Shown: positions 8,861-17,565 of the stretch, piece by piece
Position numbering within the stretch: position 1 is the first letter of the stretch
Layout: the number at the start of each line of letters is the position of its first letter
Notes under the pieces: generated by a model
Told to the model about the DNA's origin: nothing
Seen by the model: the letters and a program-made list of their open reading frames with translations, nothing else
The model's database searches: none
Translations under genes and position numbers: made by a program
From: a virus
Taxonomy: Duplodnaviria > Caudoviricetes
Length of the DNA stretch: 64,000 nt
Strand: one strand, 5' to 3'
Virus record (IMG/VR): IMGVR_UViG_2887198475_000002

Positions 8861-9342
8861 GGCTGCGAGCCTCCCGCCTGCTTGGCCCGCATGTCGGTGA
8901 TGAACCGGACCGCCATTGCCGCGACCTGCACGGCTTCCTCGATGGCGCGTTCCGTCCGGTTGGCCTTCACATCATCCCACAGCCCGTCCAGCTCCTCGCG
9001 GATGACGGCAAAGCCTTCATGCGCGCTGTTGAACGCCGGATACTTGGCGACAGCGCGCGCGACCTCTGCCCGAACATCCAGCAGCGCCGCATCCGTGGCA
9101 GCCATGCGGTTCTCAGCGCCCGGGACGGCGATCGGAGCATCGCCGCGCATCCCCTCCTCGCGCCCCTTCGCCCAGGCGACGCGCACCGTCTCCGGCCAGT
9201 CCGCGTCGCAGCCGAACACATCGTCATCCTCGCCACGGCCGTATAACCCGGCGAGGAACCCGCACATCTCCACGTCATCGAGCATGCGTTGCGTGACCTT
9301 CACGGTGCGCGCCTCACATTCCAAGGGCACGGCGGTAGACAT
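8842..9342 (-). CDS. Protein with C-terminal MazG-like NTP pyrophosphatase domain (start uncertain)
   Basis: FNSAHEGFAVIREELDGLWDDV...IEEAVQVAAMAVRFI. Confidence 0.6.
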   Translation of the reverse strand: MSTAVPLECEARTVKVTQRMLDDVEMCGFLAGLYGRGEDDDVFGCDADWPETVRVAWAKGREEGMRGDAPIAVPGAENRMAATDAALLDVRAEVARAVAKYPAFNSAHEGFAVIREELDGLWDDVKANRTERAIEEAVQVAAMAVRFITDMRAKQAGGSQPCPPTS

Positions 9343-9721
9343 CGAGGAGCGTTTCCTGTTCCTCGACCTCGGCCGGCTCCTGCTTGCGGATGCGGATGAG
9401 CTGGCGCAGCACCTTCACGTCGAAGCCGGCGCTTTTGGCCTCCGTGTAGATATCCTTGATGTCTCCGGCGAGCGCCTTGCGCTCCTCCTCCAACCGTTCG
9501 ATGCGCTCGGTAATGCTGCGCAGCCGGTCCGCGGCGATGTTGCCCCACTGCCGGGCCTCCGGCCCGGGATCGCCCGGGCCGGTCACGTCCTCAATCTCGG
9601 CCTGCCCTTCGGTGCGTTGCGGCTTGCGGCCGCTAACCACTGCCAGGGCGGCGCGCACCTTGCTGATGGGCACATCAGGCCCGCCGTTGATCGAGATCGT
9701 CTCTTCGTTGGTGGCAAGCAC
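9314..9721 (-). CDS. gapR: GapR/DUF2312 nucleoid-associated protein with N-terminal extension
   Basis: IAADRLRSITERIERLEEERKALAGDIKDIYTEAKSAGFDVKVLRQLIRIRK..EVEEQETLLDVYRRALGM is the canonical DUF2312 sequence. Confidence 0.92.
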   Translation of the reverse strand: MLATNEETISINGGPDVPISKVRAALAVVSGRKPQRTEGQAEIEDVTGPGDPGPEARQWGNIAADRLRSITERIERLEEERKALAGDIKDIYTEAKSAGFDVKVLRQLIRIRKQEPAEVEEQETLLDVYRRALGM

Positions 9722-9734
9722 GGCTGCGCGCTCC

Positions 9735-10154
9735 TTACTGACGGGTCTTGGGTAGCGGCACGACGCGCGCGCCGGCCAGGAGATGTCGCAGCGTGTCTAG
9801 CCGGGCCGCGGTGTCGGAGACTTCCAGCGCGATGTGCTCCGCCTCCACCGCGGCGGTTGCGAGATGCGCGGCGGCGATGGCATCCGCCGGGCATGGGGTT
9901 GTGCCATTGACGGAGAGGAGAGCGGCGGCGGTGCGGTGCGCGTCGGCGCGTGTGCGCGCCCAGGCGGCGAAGGTAGCGGCGTGCTCGACAAATTCGTCCA
10001 GCCGGGCCACCTCAACAGAGAGGAGGCGGATGCGGATTGCGCGCTCGTCTACAGGCAAAACGACGAACGGCTGGGCTGCGGGTGGCGGTTCGGCTGCCCT
10101 TCGGCTGGAACGACGCGCGCCCAATTTCAGGCTGCGCAGGGCTTGGAAAAACAT
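9735..10154 (-). CDS. Hypothetical protein, first gene of a promoter-driven unit
   Basis: SD GAGAGGGG; upstream sigma70-like promoter. Confidence 0.6.
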   Translation of the reverse strand: MFFQALRSLKLGARRSSRRAAEPPPAAQPFVVLPVDERAIRIRLLSVEVARLDEFVEHAATFAAWARTRADAHRTAAALLSVNGTTPCPADAIAAAHLATAAVEAEHIALEVSDTAARLDTLRHLLAGARVVPLPKTRQ

Positions 10155-10187
10155 AGCCAGTCCCCTCTCCGGTTGGAGTAGGTTCCT

Positions 10188-10227
10188 ATTTCATCCTATC
10201 CAACCTCTCAGGTCAATGGATAGGATG
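10188..10227 (-). promoter_or_regulatory. Sigma70-like promoter overlapped by CCTATCC/GGATAGG operator half-sites
   Basis: Minus strand TTGACC-N17-TGAAAT, overlapping the inverted repeat CATCCTATCCA..TGGATAGGATG (10192-10227). Confidence 0.55.
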
Positions 10228-10384
10228 CGCAGTTTTTCGGAGGGGACTTGTGCAAAAAAATGGCCGGCCCGCGCTTAGGAATCCGCGAAACCGGCCAAGT
10301 TGTAGAGGGGGAGGAAACGCCATGCCCCACCATGGGGCATGGCCATCTCCTATCCTATCCACGGCTGCGCCGTCTATCACGCAT

Positions 10385-10810
10385 TCACGATTCCGCAGTC
10401 GGTCCGGCTGCTTCGACTGCCTCGGCCGCTTGGGCGAGGACCAGGGGCATGGCCCGGCCGATCATCCGCCCGCCCTCCTCGGCGTCAAACTCCGCGTAAA
10501 ATGCAATGATGCCCCAATCTTCACGAGGTTCGGGAAAAGGGACGATCGCGGAGCCGGCTGGCTTGGGGACGCGGTAATAGCCGGCCGCGCTGACCTCGCG
10601 CCCGTCAGGGTGCAGCAGCGCGAGCCATGATCCGGCGCCCGGCTCTTGCCCGCGGGCTCGCTGGGCGGCGATACGCAATGCGTCTGCCCAGGCGTCCGCA
10701 TCTTCCGGCGTGAGGCCGAACCACTCATGTTTTTTCAGGTCGCCCCGAATAGCCAACATGACCAATCCAGGCTCGGTCCCAATGCGTAGGCGGGGTATTG
10801 GACTAGGCAT
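10385..10810 (-). CDS. Hypothetical protein; C-terminal half resembles the virion protein at 52737-53174
   Basis: GREVSAAGYYRV...PFPEPREDWGIIAFYAEFDAEEGG versus GTEVTGAGYARV...NFAVPTANWGNITHWGVWDAATGG. Confidence 0.55.
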   Translation of the reverse strand: MPSPIPRLRIGTEPGLVMLAIRGDLKKHEWFGLTPEDADAWADALRIAAQRARGQEPGAGSWLALLHPDGREVSAAGYYRVPKPAGSAIVPFPEPREDWGIIAFYAEFDAEEGGRMIGRAMPLVLAQAAEAVEAAGPTAES

Positions 10811-11301
10811 GCTCACCCCCGCAGCATTGTTCGCTCGGGGCCGGCGGTTTATGCTTGTGCTCCAACGTGTTACGTCCTCGCAGTTTTCGGCGGTTTGCTG
10901 CCGTGTTGCGGCCGTTGCGACGTAAGGTGCGCATCCAATGATCGCGTTTCGATGCCGGGACAATGCACGACCGACGCATGAGTTTCCCAAGCTCCTGCGC
11001 AGGGGTTTGCGATGGGCCAAGCCAGCGCAACACTGCATGAACAGTTCTCTTATCCAAGCAAAGCGCCATTGACGAGATGCCCCCGCGGACCGAGATCGGT
11101 CGAAGTGCGCCGAGGTCCAAATGAACCGCTGGCATCTACCTATCTGGCACAACCGCATCCTATTCGCAGAGGGGTTTAAATTTCACAGAGCCGTTATGTT
11201 GCGTACAGTTACGAATATAGTGCCGAATACCTAATCTCCATTTATCGTGGAAAAATTTCCCACAATAACTATGCACATTCCACCGCATGCACACGAAGCA
11301 A

Positions 11302-11631
11302 CTATGCTTGCGCGTCAAATATGCCCGGCTGCACGAGCTTGGGCGTCGATTTAACGGCAACAGTGGAGCGGACTATTTTTTCAATCCGTTCTCTCCATGT
11401 CTCGGGATATACAGCAAGTGCGTGCGACCCCTCCCCGTTCGTCTTTGGCCGACGCTCTAGTCGCGGGCGGGTACCGGTCATATGCTGCCACAATTCTGCA
11501 ACAGCGGCGCCGGCGGACCATGTGTGCGATGGTATGGGTTCGTATCCCAAGTCACGGAAAACATCTCGAACTGCTATCATTGGCAGGCCGTCCACAGCTC
11601 GGCCGCGGCGGTTGGGCGAGGCCGCGCTCAT
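11302..11631 (-). CDS. Hypothetical protein
   Basis: SD GGGAG, ATGA overlap with the glutaredoxin; ends LVQPGIFDAQA. Confidence 0.55.
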   Translation of the reverse strand: MSAASPNRRGRAVDGLPMIAVRDVFRDLGYEPIPSHTWSAGAAVAELWQHMTGTRPRLERRPKTNGEGSHALAVYPETWRERIEKIVRSTVAVKSTPKLVQPGIFDAQA

Positions 11632-11945
11632 GGCACCAGCTCCCGAAGAATCTCGGCAGGAAAGCAACTCACGGAATACAAGCCGCCAAGCGCAATATTA
11701 CCGAACACGAGTTGCGGCATAGTGCGTCGCCCTTGCGGCAGCCCCCACAGCTCGTAAAGCGCCATGCGCTCCGCGTGGCTGGGAACGGATACGTAGAGGA
11801 ATGGTATGCCGTTTTCAATCAAGTATGCGCCCAGGGCGGTGCATTCGTCGCATCCGTCCTGGCCGTAGAGCAGGAAGCCGGCGTGCGAGCTGCGGAGGGC
11901 GATCCCCTCGGCGCCCGCGGGAGGGGCGGAGATCATCGGCTTCAT
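11628..11945 (-). CDS. Glutaredoxin/NrdH-like redoxin
   Basis: YGQDGCDEC active site, RTMPQLVFG cis-Pro motif, ALGG. Confidence 0.75.
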   Translation of the reverse strand: MKPMISAPPAGAEGIALRSSHAGFLLYGQDGCDECTALGAYLIENGIPFLYVSVPSHAERMALYELWGLPQGRRTMPQLVFGNIALGGLYSVSCFPAEILRELVP

Positions 11946-12289
11946 CTCCCTGCGTAGCGGGGCGCGTTGTTCGTCAGCTCGGCCGTCTGCGCCGGCGTCA
12001 GCGTCGCGCTGATCGGCTCCGGGCGCGGCCGGCCCCAATGCCGCTGTCCCCAATGCGACCGGAAGCCCCTCGCGTTGAGGGACGGGTGCCCGCATTCGGG
12101 GCACACCAGCCGCTCGACGCGCTCGGCCGCGCGCACCTGGGCAAGCGCGGCCTCTGCCGCCTCCGCCCGCTTGTGCGCGTCCAGCACCAGGGCAGCGAGG
12201 CTTTCAGCCCGGGCCTCGGCCTGGGCGAGACGCACCACCAGCGAATTGCGGTCGGCCGCAGGGAACCCGCTCTCGGGATGAGGCTGCAT
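11942..12289 (-). CDS. Coiled-coil protein with C2H2-type zinc finger
   Basis: CPECGHPSLNARGFRSHWGQRH; SD GGGAGGG. Confidence 0.6.
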   Translation of the reverse strand: MQPHPESGFPAADRNSLVVRLAQAEARAESLAALVLDAHKRAEAAEAALAQVRAAERVERLVCPECGHPSLNARGFRSHWGQRHWGRPRPEPISATLTPAQTAELTNNAPRYAGR

Positions 12290-12291
12290 GA

Positions 12292-12741
12292 TCAGCCCTC
12301 CCTCGGCAGATCGGTCGCGATTCCTGCCTGCCGGCAACGATCCGCCAACTGCCAGAACGCGCGCACAGCCGTTTCCAGCTCCATCCGGGCTACGGCCAGG
12401 AGGCGTTCCACCCGGTCGGCGCGGCGCCCCTCCACCGCGAGCAGCGTGGACAGGCGCCCCATCTGCTCCGCCAGCTCCGCCTCGGCTGCTTCCGCGCGCT
12501 GGGTGGCGATGGCGAGCTGTTCGGCCAGCATGTCGGCCTGGGCCTCGGCGCAGGCGAGGCGCAGCTCCGCGTCGCTCGGATCCGGCTCGGCGATCAGGAC
12601 GGGGGCCGGCCTCGGCCCGGTCCAGGCGGCGTGGAACGCGGCGAGGATTGCGTCCCGATCCTCGGCGGGGACGTGGAAGACCTCGGCGGGGACTTGGAAG
12701 AGGCACGGTAGGCGGTCTGTTGCGGCTTGATAGCTCTGCAT
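12292..12741 (-). CDS. Hypothetical coiled-coil protein
   Basis: Helical, Ala/Glu-rich; operon context. Confidence 0.5.
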   Translation of the reverse strand: MQSYQAATDRLPCLFQVPAEVFHVPAEDRDAILAAFHAAWTGPRPAPVLIAEPDPSDAELRLACAEAQADMLAEQLAIATQRAEAAEAELAEQMGRLSTLLAVEGRRADRVERLLAVARMELETAVRAFWQLADRCRQAGIATDLPREG

Positions 12742-12784
12742 TTTCTCAAAACCGTCTCATGCGCGGTGGCGTCTCAGGGGCGTC

Positions 12785-13879
12785 TCAGGAGGCTGAGACG
12801 GGGCGGGGCGAGGGCTTGGCCTGCTCGTCGGACAGGTCCACCAGGGCGGCGCGCTCGGCCACGAGGCGGCGCAGTTCGTCATCGGAGATGGAGGAGGCTG
12901 GCGCCTTGGGGGCAGCGGCGGCGCCGGCGTGGAGCTTGGCGTTCTCCTCGGCCAGCAGCCGCGCCATGGTGCCGTTCGGGTTAAGCGTCCGCCGGGCCTG
13001 GGCGCGGGCCTGATCGGTGCTGGCGTCAGGCGGAGAGCAGAGGCGCGCGAGCCGATCGGCGAAGCGTTCGGCCAGCTCGGGCGCGAGGGACCGGCGGAAC
13101 GTGCGCGCCAGGGCGGCCGTGTGGGGCCTGCCAGCGGCGGCATCGGCTTCCAGGCGGGCGAGGTAGGCGGCCGGGTCCTCCTCCGGCTCCTGCGGCGCCG
13201 GCAGGGCCGCCTGGGCTGGCTTGGTCAACCGCCTCACCAGCTCGGCAAGCCGCCGCTCCTCGGCGCGCATGTCCACGGCGTATTCGGCCAGCGCCGGCTC
13301 GACCTTCGCAAAACTCGACCACCAGTGGAGCTTGCGGGCAACCTCGCGAACGCGCTCGATCGTGCAGCGGAACACCCAATCTTTTGCCTCCTCGCCGTCT
13401 TGGCGCGGGAGCACGGCGCGGAAGCAGATAGCCGGCAGGTCCAGCAGCCCGGCGAGGAGCTTGACGCCGTTGTCCAAGTCCTCCCCCTCGGGGGACCGCT
13501 CGACAGCAGCCGCGAACATGGAGGCCCATTTCAGGCGCAGCTCAAGCGAGGCAGGGGCCAGGACGATGCGCAGCGCGACCAGCCGCGCCTGGGCTTCCGG
13601 CAGGGCGTCCTCGGCGTCGGCGGGCATCCTGGGCGCGGCGTAGCTCACGAGGGGGGGCGCACCGGGCGTCGGGGCCGGGCGCTCGATCCGCACGAGCGGT
13701 CCGTCGATCGCCTGCATGGCGGCCGCCAGGAGGGCGCTGGGCGGCTGCTCGATGACGGCCTGGGCCTCGGCGGGCCGGAGAGGCACAAGGGCGCCAGAGG
13801 CTGTCCTGGCGGCCGCGAGCGGGTGAACGACAGGGGCACCCTGGGAGACGGTCGGGACGAGGCTTGCGATCGAGCGCAT
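12785..13879 (-). CDS. Hypothetical protein downstream of the replication initiator (possible helicase-loader role)
   Basis: Position after the initiator; no P-loop seen. Confidence 0.55.
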   Translation of the reverse strand: MRSIASLVPTVSQGAPVVHPLAAARTASGALVPLRPAEAQAVIEQPPSALLAAAMQAIDGPLVRIERPAPTPGAPPLVSYAAPRMPADAEDALPEAQARLVALRIVLAPASLELRLKWASMFAAAVERSPEGEDLDNGVKLLAGLLDLPAICFRAVLPRQDGEEAKDWVFRCTIERVREVARKLHWWSSFAKVEPALAEYAVDMRAEERRLAELVRRLTKPAQAALPAPQEPEEDPAAYLARLEADAAAGRPHTAALARTFRRSLAPELAERFADRLARLCSPPDASTDQARAQARRTLNPNGTMARLLAEENAKLHAGAAAAPKAPASSISDDELRRLVAERAALVDLSDEQAKPSPRPVSAS

Positions 13880-13881
13880 GT

Positions 13882-15036
13882 TCAGAACTCCGGCACGGAC
13901 GTAATGCGCGCGGCGAGCGATGCGGCGGTCCTGGGGGCGCCGCGCCGGCCTGCGGATCGAGCGGCGGCGCGGAGCGGCTGGGCATCGTCAACAACATCGT
14001 CAACAACGACGGTGCGGGGGCCGCGAGCGCGCTTGGCGATGAGGCGCAGAACCGCGTCATCGAAGAACTTCAGGCTGCGGGGGATGTCCTCCCTCGCCTC
14101 CGCCCGATTGGAAAACGTCTCGCGGAACACGTCGCCGGCCATTCCGCGGACGGTGGCGGCATCGAACCCGCTCCGCTCGCCCGCGGTCAGCCAGCCCTCG
14201 GCGATCGTGCCGTCCATGGCTGTGGGGCAGAAGCGCCGGTTGTTCTCGCCGTAGGCGCGGGCGCGCTCGTTGTCGAAGTCCTCGATCATCCACACGGCCT
14301 CGGCGCGGTAGTGGCCGATGCGGGCCGGTGGGGACGTTGGGGGCTGCTCGGAGACGAGGGTGGGGCGCGGGAAAGCCACAATCTGCCCCGATTGGTGGGG
14401 GGCGTCCGGCGCCGGGGGCGCAGGAGGCGCGGGAGGCGGATTGTCCGCAGCGGCTGCGGCGGCCTCCTGCTCGTCCTCCTGCTCGGGCTGGTCGAGCGAG
14501 CTAGGCTGGTCTTCTTCGCCCAGATCCTCGTCGCCATCGGGGTCGCGCGCGCGTCCCCCCTCCTCTCCCTTCTTCCCTTTCTTAGATTCTTTCTCTTCTT
14601 TTGTGTTGGTCCCGCTTCGGTCCTTCTTCGGTCCTTCTTCGGTCCTGGCTTCGTCGTCGCTTTGGTCCTGGCCGGTTTCTTGTGGTGCCGCAAGGCCCTG
14701 ATAAATTGAGTAATTTACGATGCGGATTATGGTCCCGGCGCGGTGGGGGCAGCGGTCCGAAAATACCTTGATCATACCGTCAGCGACCATGCGATGCAGA
14801 AGGCTGCGGATGGTGTTGCGGTGGAGGTCCCAATCGCTCGCCAGGGACCGCTCGGAGATCAGCAGTTCCCCAACCTCCAATTGGATCGGACCGAACAGCG
14901 TGCTGATGCGCCCGCGCCGCCACTGCGCCTCGTCCTTCATCCAGGCGAAAATCGCGGCCTCTGTTTTCGACCGGAACACGGGATTTCTCCACATGCGCCG
15001 GTACTGCCGGGTGTAACCGCCCTCCGGGTTCATCAC
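13882..15036 (-). CDS. Phage replication initiator (wHTH N-terminus, low-complexity linker)
   Basis: GYTRQYRRMWRNPVF...GELLISERSLASDW..HRNTIRSLL..GTIIRIVNYSIYQ followed by a K/E-rich linker. Confidence 0.75.
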   Translation of the reverse strand: MMNPEGGYTRQYRRMWRNPVFRSKTEAAIFAWMKDEAQWRRGRISTLFGPIQLEVGELLISERSLASDWDLHRNTIRSLLHRMVADGMIKVFSDRCPHRAGTIIRIVNYSIYQGLAAPQETGQDQSDDEARTEEGPKKDRSGTNTKEEKESKKGKKGEEGGRARDPDGDEDLGEEDQPSSLDQPEQEDEQEAAAAAADNPPPAPPAPPAPDAPHQSGQIVAFPRPTLVSEQPPTSPPARIGHYRAEAVWMIEDFDNERARAYGENNRRFCPTAMDGTIAEGWLTAGERSGFDAATVRGMAGDVFRETFSNRAEAREDIPRSLKFFDDAVLRLIAKRARGPRTVVVDDVVDDAQPLRAAARSAGRRGAPRTAASLAARITSVPEF

Positions 15037-15308
15037 GCCCCCCGCCCGCCTGGGGTGATCTCGGCGGCCCTGATGGTAAGGAAGCGCTCCACGTCATTCG
15101 CCCGGTAGACAACCCGGCCCCTGTCGTAGAACCATGGCAGCTCGTCACGGGTTGGGGCCGACGTGTTGCCGGGCCGGCGCCAGGAAACCAGCGTCCAATA
15201 GGACAGGCCCAGGACGGCTGCGGCCTCGTGCGTGTCCAGGGTTTCAACTGATGGTGCAAGGTGGTGCAAGGCTGCAACCGCGGGATTCCCGCCTCGGGTT
15301 TTCATCAC
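15033..15308 (-). CDS. HTH_17/excisionase-like DNA-binding protein
   Basis: LDTHEAAAVLGLSYWTLVSWR...GRVVYRANDVERFL. Confidence 0.75.
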   Translation of the reverse strand: MMKTRGGNPAVAALHHLAPSVETLDTHEAAAVLGLSYWTLVSWRRPGNTSAPTRDELPWFYDRGRVVYRANDVERFLTIRAAEITPGGRGA

Positions 15309-15793
15309 GCCAGCTCCTCGATCAGAAGGACTGTTTTTTGATCTCCGCCGCGCCTCACGCGGACGGGGACGAGCTTCCTCTGCAAAACCTGGGGCGCATC
15401 GTCTGCGATGATGCCCAGGCCGTTGGGGTGTCGGACGATCGGTTTTCCGTTGGCGAAATATGGAACGCCGGGCTCAAGAAGGCAGTCAACGAGGTCTTTG
15501 GTGCCGCCCCACAGGTTTTCCTCGTCGGGAGAGCCGGTGGAGTACCGTTCGATGGTCAGGCGAGCGCGGGCGAAAGGTTTGGCCGGTCGCTTTCCTATCA
15601 GTTGCAGAGCGATGCGCCCGGCGAGCGAACACTTCTTCTCCCCCCGTGTGGCCCAATGCCTGCGCATCGCCACATTGAGGCTGGGCGTGACGTAGCCGGC
15701 CAGCTCGATCCGGATCATGGTCCGACCGTCCGCCGTGGTGGTGACGGTGGCCGTGTCCTGTTCGATGCCGGGCTTGCGGGGAGGGATTTTCAT
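15305..15793 (-). CDS. rusA: RusA-like Holliday junction resolvase
   Basis: PSLN..HW, PDEENL.GG.KDLVDCL, GIIADD acidic motifs. Confidence 0.7.
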   Translation of the reverse strand: MKIPPRKPGIEQDTATVTTTADGRTMIRIELAGYVTPSLNVAMRRHWATRGEKKCSLAGRIALQLIGKRPAKPFARARLTIERYSTGSPDEENLWGGTKDLVDCLLEPGVPYFANGKPIVRHPNGLGIIADDAPQVLQRKLVPVRVRRGGDQKTVLLIEELA

Positions 15794-16170
15794 AGCGCGC
15801 GGAGTCCTTGCGCGCGCTGGGCCGCAGCTTCCGCCGCGCGTCGAGCGGCATCGGCCGCACGAAACGCAGCTTCGGCGGCGGTCGCCGCACGTTGCGCGGC
15901 CATGGCCGCAACTCTGGCCTCGGACTCCAAGGCGCAGAGCTGTTCGACATTCTCGCCCTGGGCCTTTTTCAGTTCCCAGGACTCCATGAAGGCGCGCACA
16001 AGAGCCGCCGTCTCTGGCTTGACAATGCGCGGGCGCCGCCTGTTTCGTCCCTGGCCGCGCAGCGCGAACACAAACGACGGGTCGCGCACAGCCTCTCGGC
16101 CGAGCCGGGTGGGCGTCATCTCCGGGTTTCGGGCCAGGAAGCCCTCGACTGTTTCGATCAAAGCGTCCAT
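15790..16170 (-). CDS. Cro-like HTH regulator (probably leaderless)
   Basis: LIETVEGFL...MTPTRLGREAVRDPSFVFALR; divergent from the repressor. Minus-strand TTGCGT-N18-TATGAT ends 7 nt before ATG 16170. Confidence 0.75.
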   Translation of the reverse strand: MDALIETVEGFLARNPEMTPTRLGREAVRDPSFVFALRGQGRNRRRPRIVKPETAALVRAFMESWELKKAQGENVEQLCALESEARVAAMAAQRAATAAEAAFRAADAARRAAEAAAQRAQGLRAL

Positions 16171-16196
16171 GGATAGGATCATACGTTATCCTATCC
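16171..16196. promoter_or_regulatory. Immunity operator overlapping the cro promoter
   Basis: Perfect inverted repeat GGATAGGAT-N8-ATCCTATCC. Confidence 0.7.
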
Positions 16197-16390
16197 GCTC
16201 AACGCAATCCCATCCATGCGTCCGATAGCGGGCCGCCATCACCTATCGGCGTGTCGCGATAGCGACAGCGTGAGCGAAAACCGAAACGAGCCCCCGAATG
16301 TTGACACGGGCCAACCCGAACAGCCTTGCTTTTCCGTTCGCCTTCCTATGCTTATAAACGCCCTATGCCCATGGAGAGGACCCTATTCCG

Positions 16391-17371
16391 ATGGTAAGTA
16401 AACCGCGCAAAAAGGGGACGCCACCCTGCCCGGTTCGAACCTTTATTTTGCGGAGAGTAAAAGAAATCGGCAGCAACTTGGGAGAACTTTCAAGAGCACT
16501 GCGCCGTAACGATAGCTATGCGCAGCAGCTCGTTTGGAAAGGAAGCCCGAGATTCCTTGATAGGGCAAATAGGGAAGCAATGGCTCGGCTACTCGGCGTG
16601 GAACCTGAGAACCTAATTATTCCAGAAGACGGAGTAACTTGGGAGCATCCTGTTCCAAATACACCTTTGTCTAGAGAAGAGGCCGAGCGTCTAGGGACTC
16701 TGATGCGCGAAGAGGCCCTAAAAGCAGAGGCTGAAAAAGCAGCGGCCATTCTAAGAAGTGCGAACGCTGGCAAGGAAAACGGTAATGTCGTCTCTGCAAG
16801 CTATGGAAGCGGCAAGTCGCACATGGCCTCCACCATCACGAACACATTGATGGAAAATGGGAAAGCCTCTCAAGCCGCTCAAGAGCCGTCTAAAGTCTCT
16901 CAAGACGCTCAGGGAGGCCCTCAAGACGCTCAAGCGCCGCAGTCCTCTTTGCCGCCCATGCACGCACTCCCCTCTGAAGTGACCTACGAAATGGCACCTA
17001 TGGGCGGGTCGCTCCTTGGTGACGTTCCACAGTTTACCGATGCAGACGAGATCGTTCCTCCGCCGGGAGGTTGGCCCGTGCGTCCAGCAGGGATCGCTTT
17101 GGGAGGCGCGAGCTTCGCCTTGTGGATCACTCAACCCCGAGGGCGCCTAAGAGCCGACGTTGTCCTTGTGAGGGCCGGGCAGCCTCCTCGCGTTGGCGAC
17201 CTAGTCGTCGTCCTCGAAGGAAAGCGTGTCGCCGCGGTTGGAGAGATGGTGGACCTAAATAATAAAGAAGCGACAGTCACTCAGGGAGATAGAGCTACAG
17301 GAGACGACAAGAGGGTCTTCGAGCGTGGGTCAGTTCAGCTTCTAAAGATCGCAGCCGCTGAGTTCGCATAA
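16391..17371 (+). CDS. CI-like repressor (N-terminal HTH, long linker, degenerate S24-like C-terminal domain)
   Basis: SNLGELSRALRRNDSYAQQLVWKGSPRFL...MARLLGV; C-terminal PPRVGDLVVV; lower GC. Confidence 0.8.
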   Translation: MVSKPRKKGTPPCPVRTFILRRVKEIGSNLGELSRALRRNDSYAQQLVWKGSPRFLDRANREAMARLLGVEPENLIIPEDGVTWEHPVPNTPLSREEAERLGTLMREEALKAEAEKAAAILRSANAGKENGNVVSASYGSGKSHMASTITNTLMENGKASQAAQEPSKVSQDAQGGPQDAQAPQSSLPPMHALPSEVTYEMAPMGGSLLGDVPQFTDADEIVPPPGGWPVRPAGIALGGASFALWITQPRGRLRADVVLVRAGQPPRVGDLVVVLEGKRVAAVGEMVDLNNKEATVTQGDRATGDDKRVFERGSVQLLKIAAAEFA

Positions 17372-17565
17372 TTTTGATATCGGAATATTATTATATACAG
17401 AGGATAGGTTTTTAACGCTACGCTGGGGAAGGAGATCGCCATCCCAGCCTGTAGGATATAGGCGCTCTCTCCCCAGTGATTGACCGATGGTAAAATACCC
17501 TATCCAGCCATCCTATTCCGTCCTATTGTTCTCCCGCAGCAGACGGGCAGGAGGACAGCTAGGCC

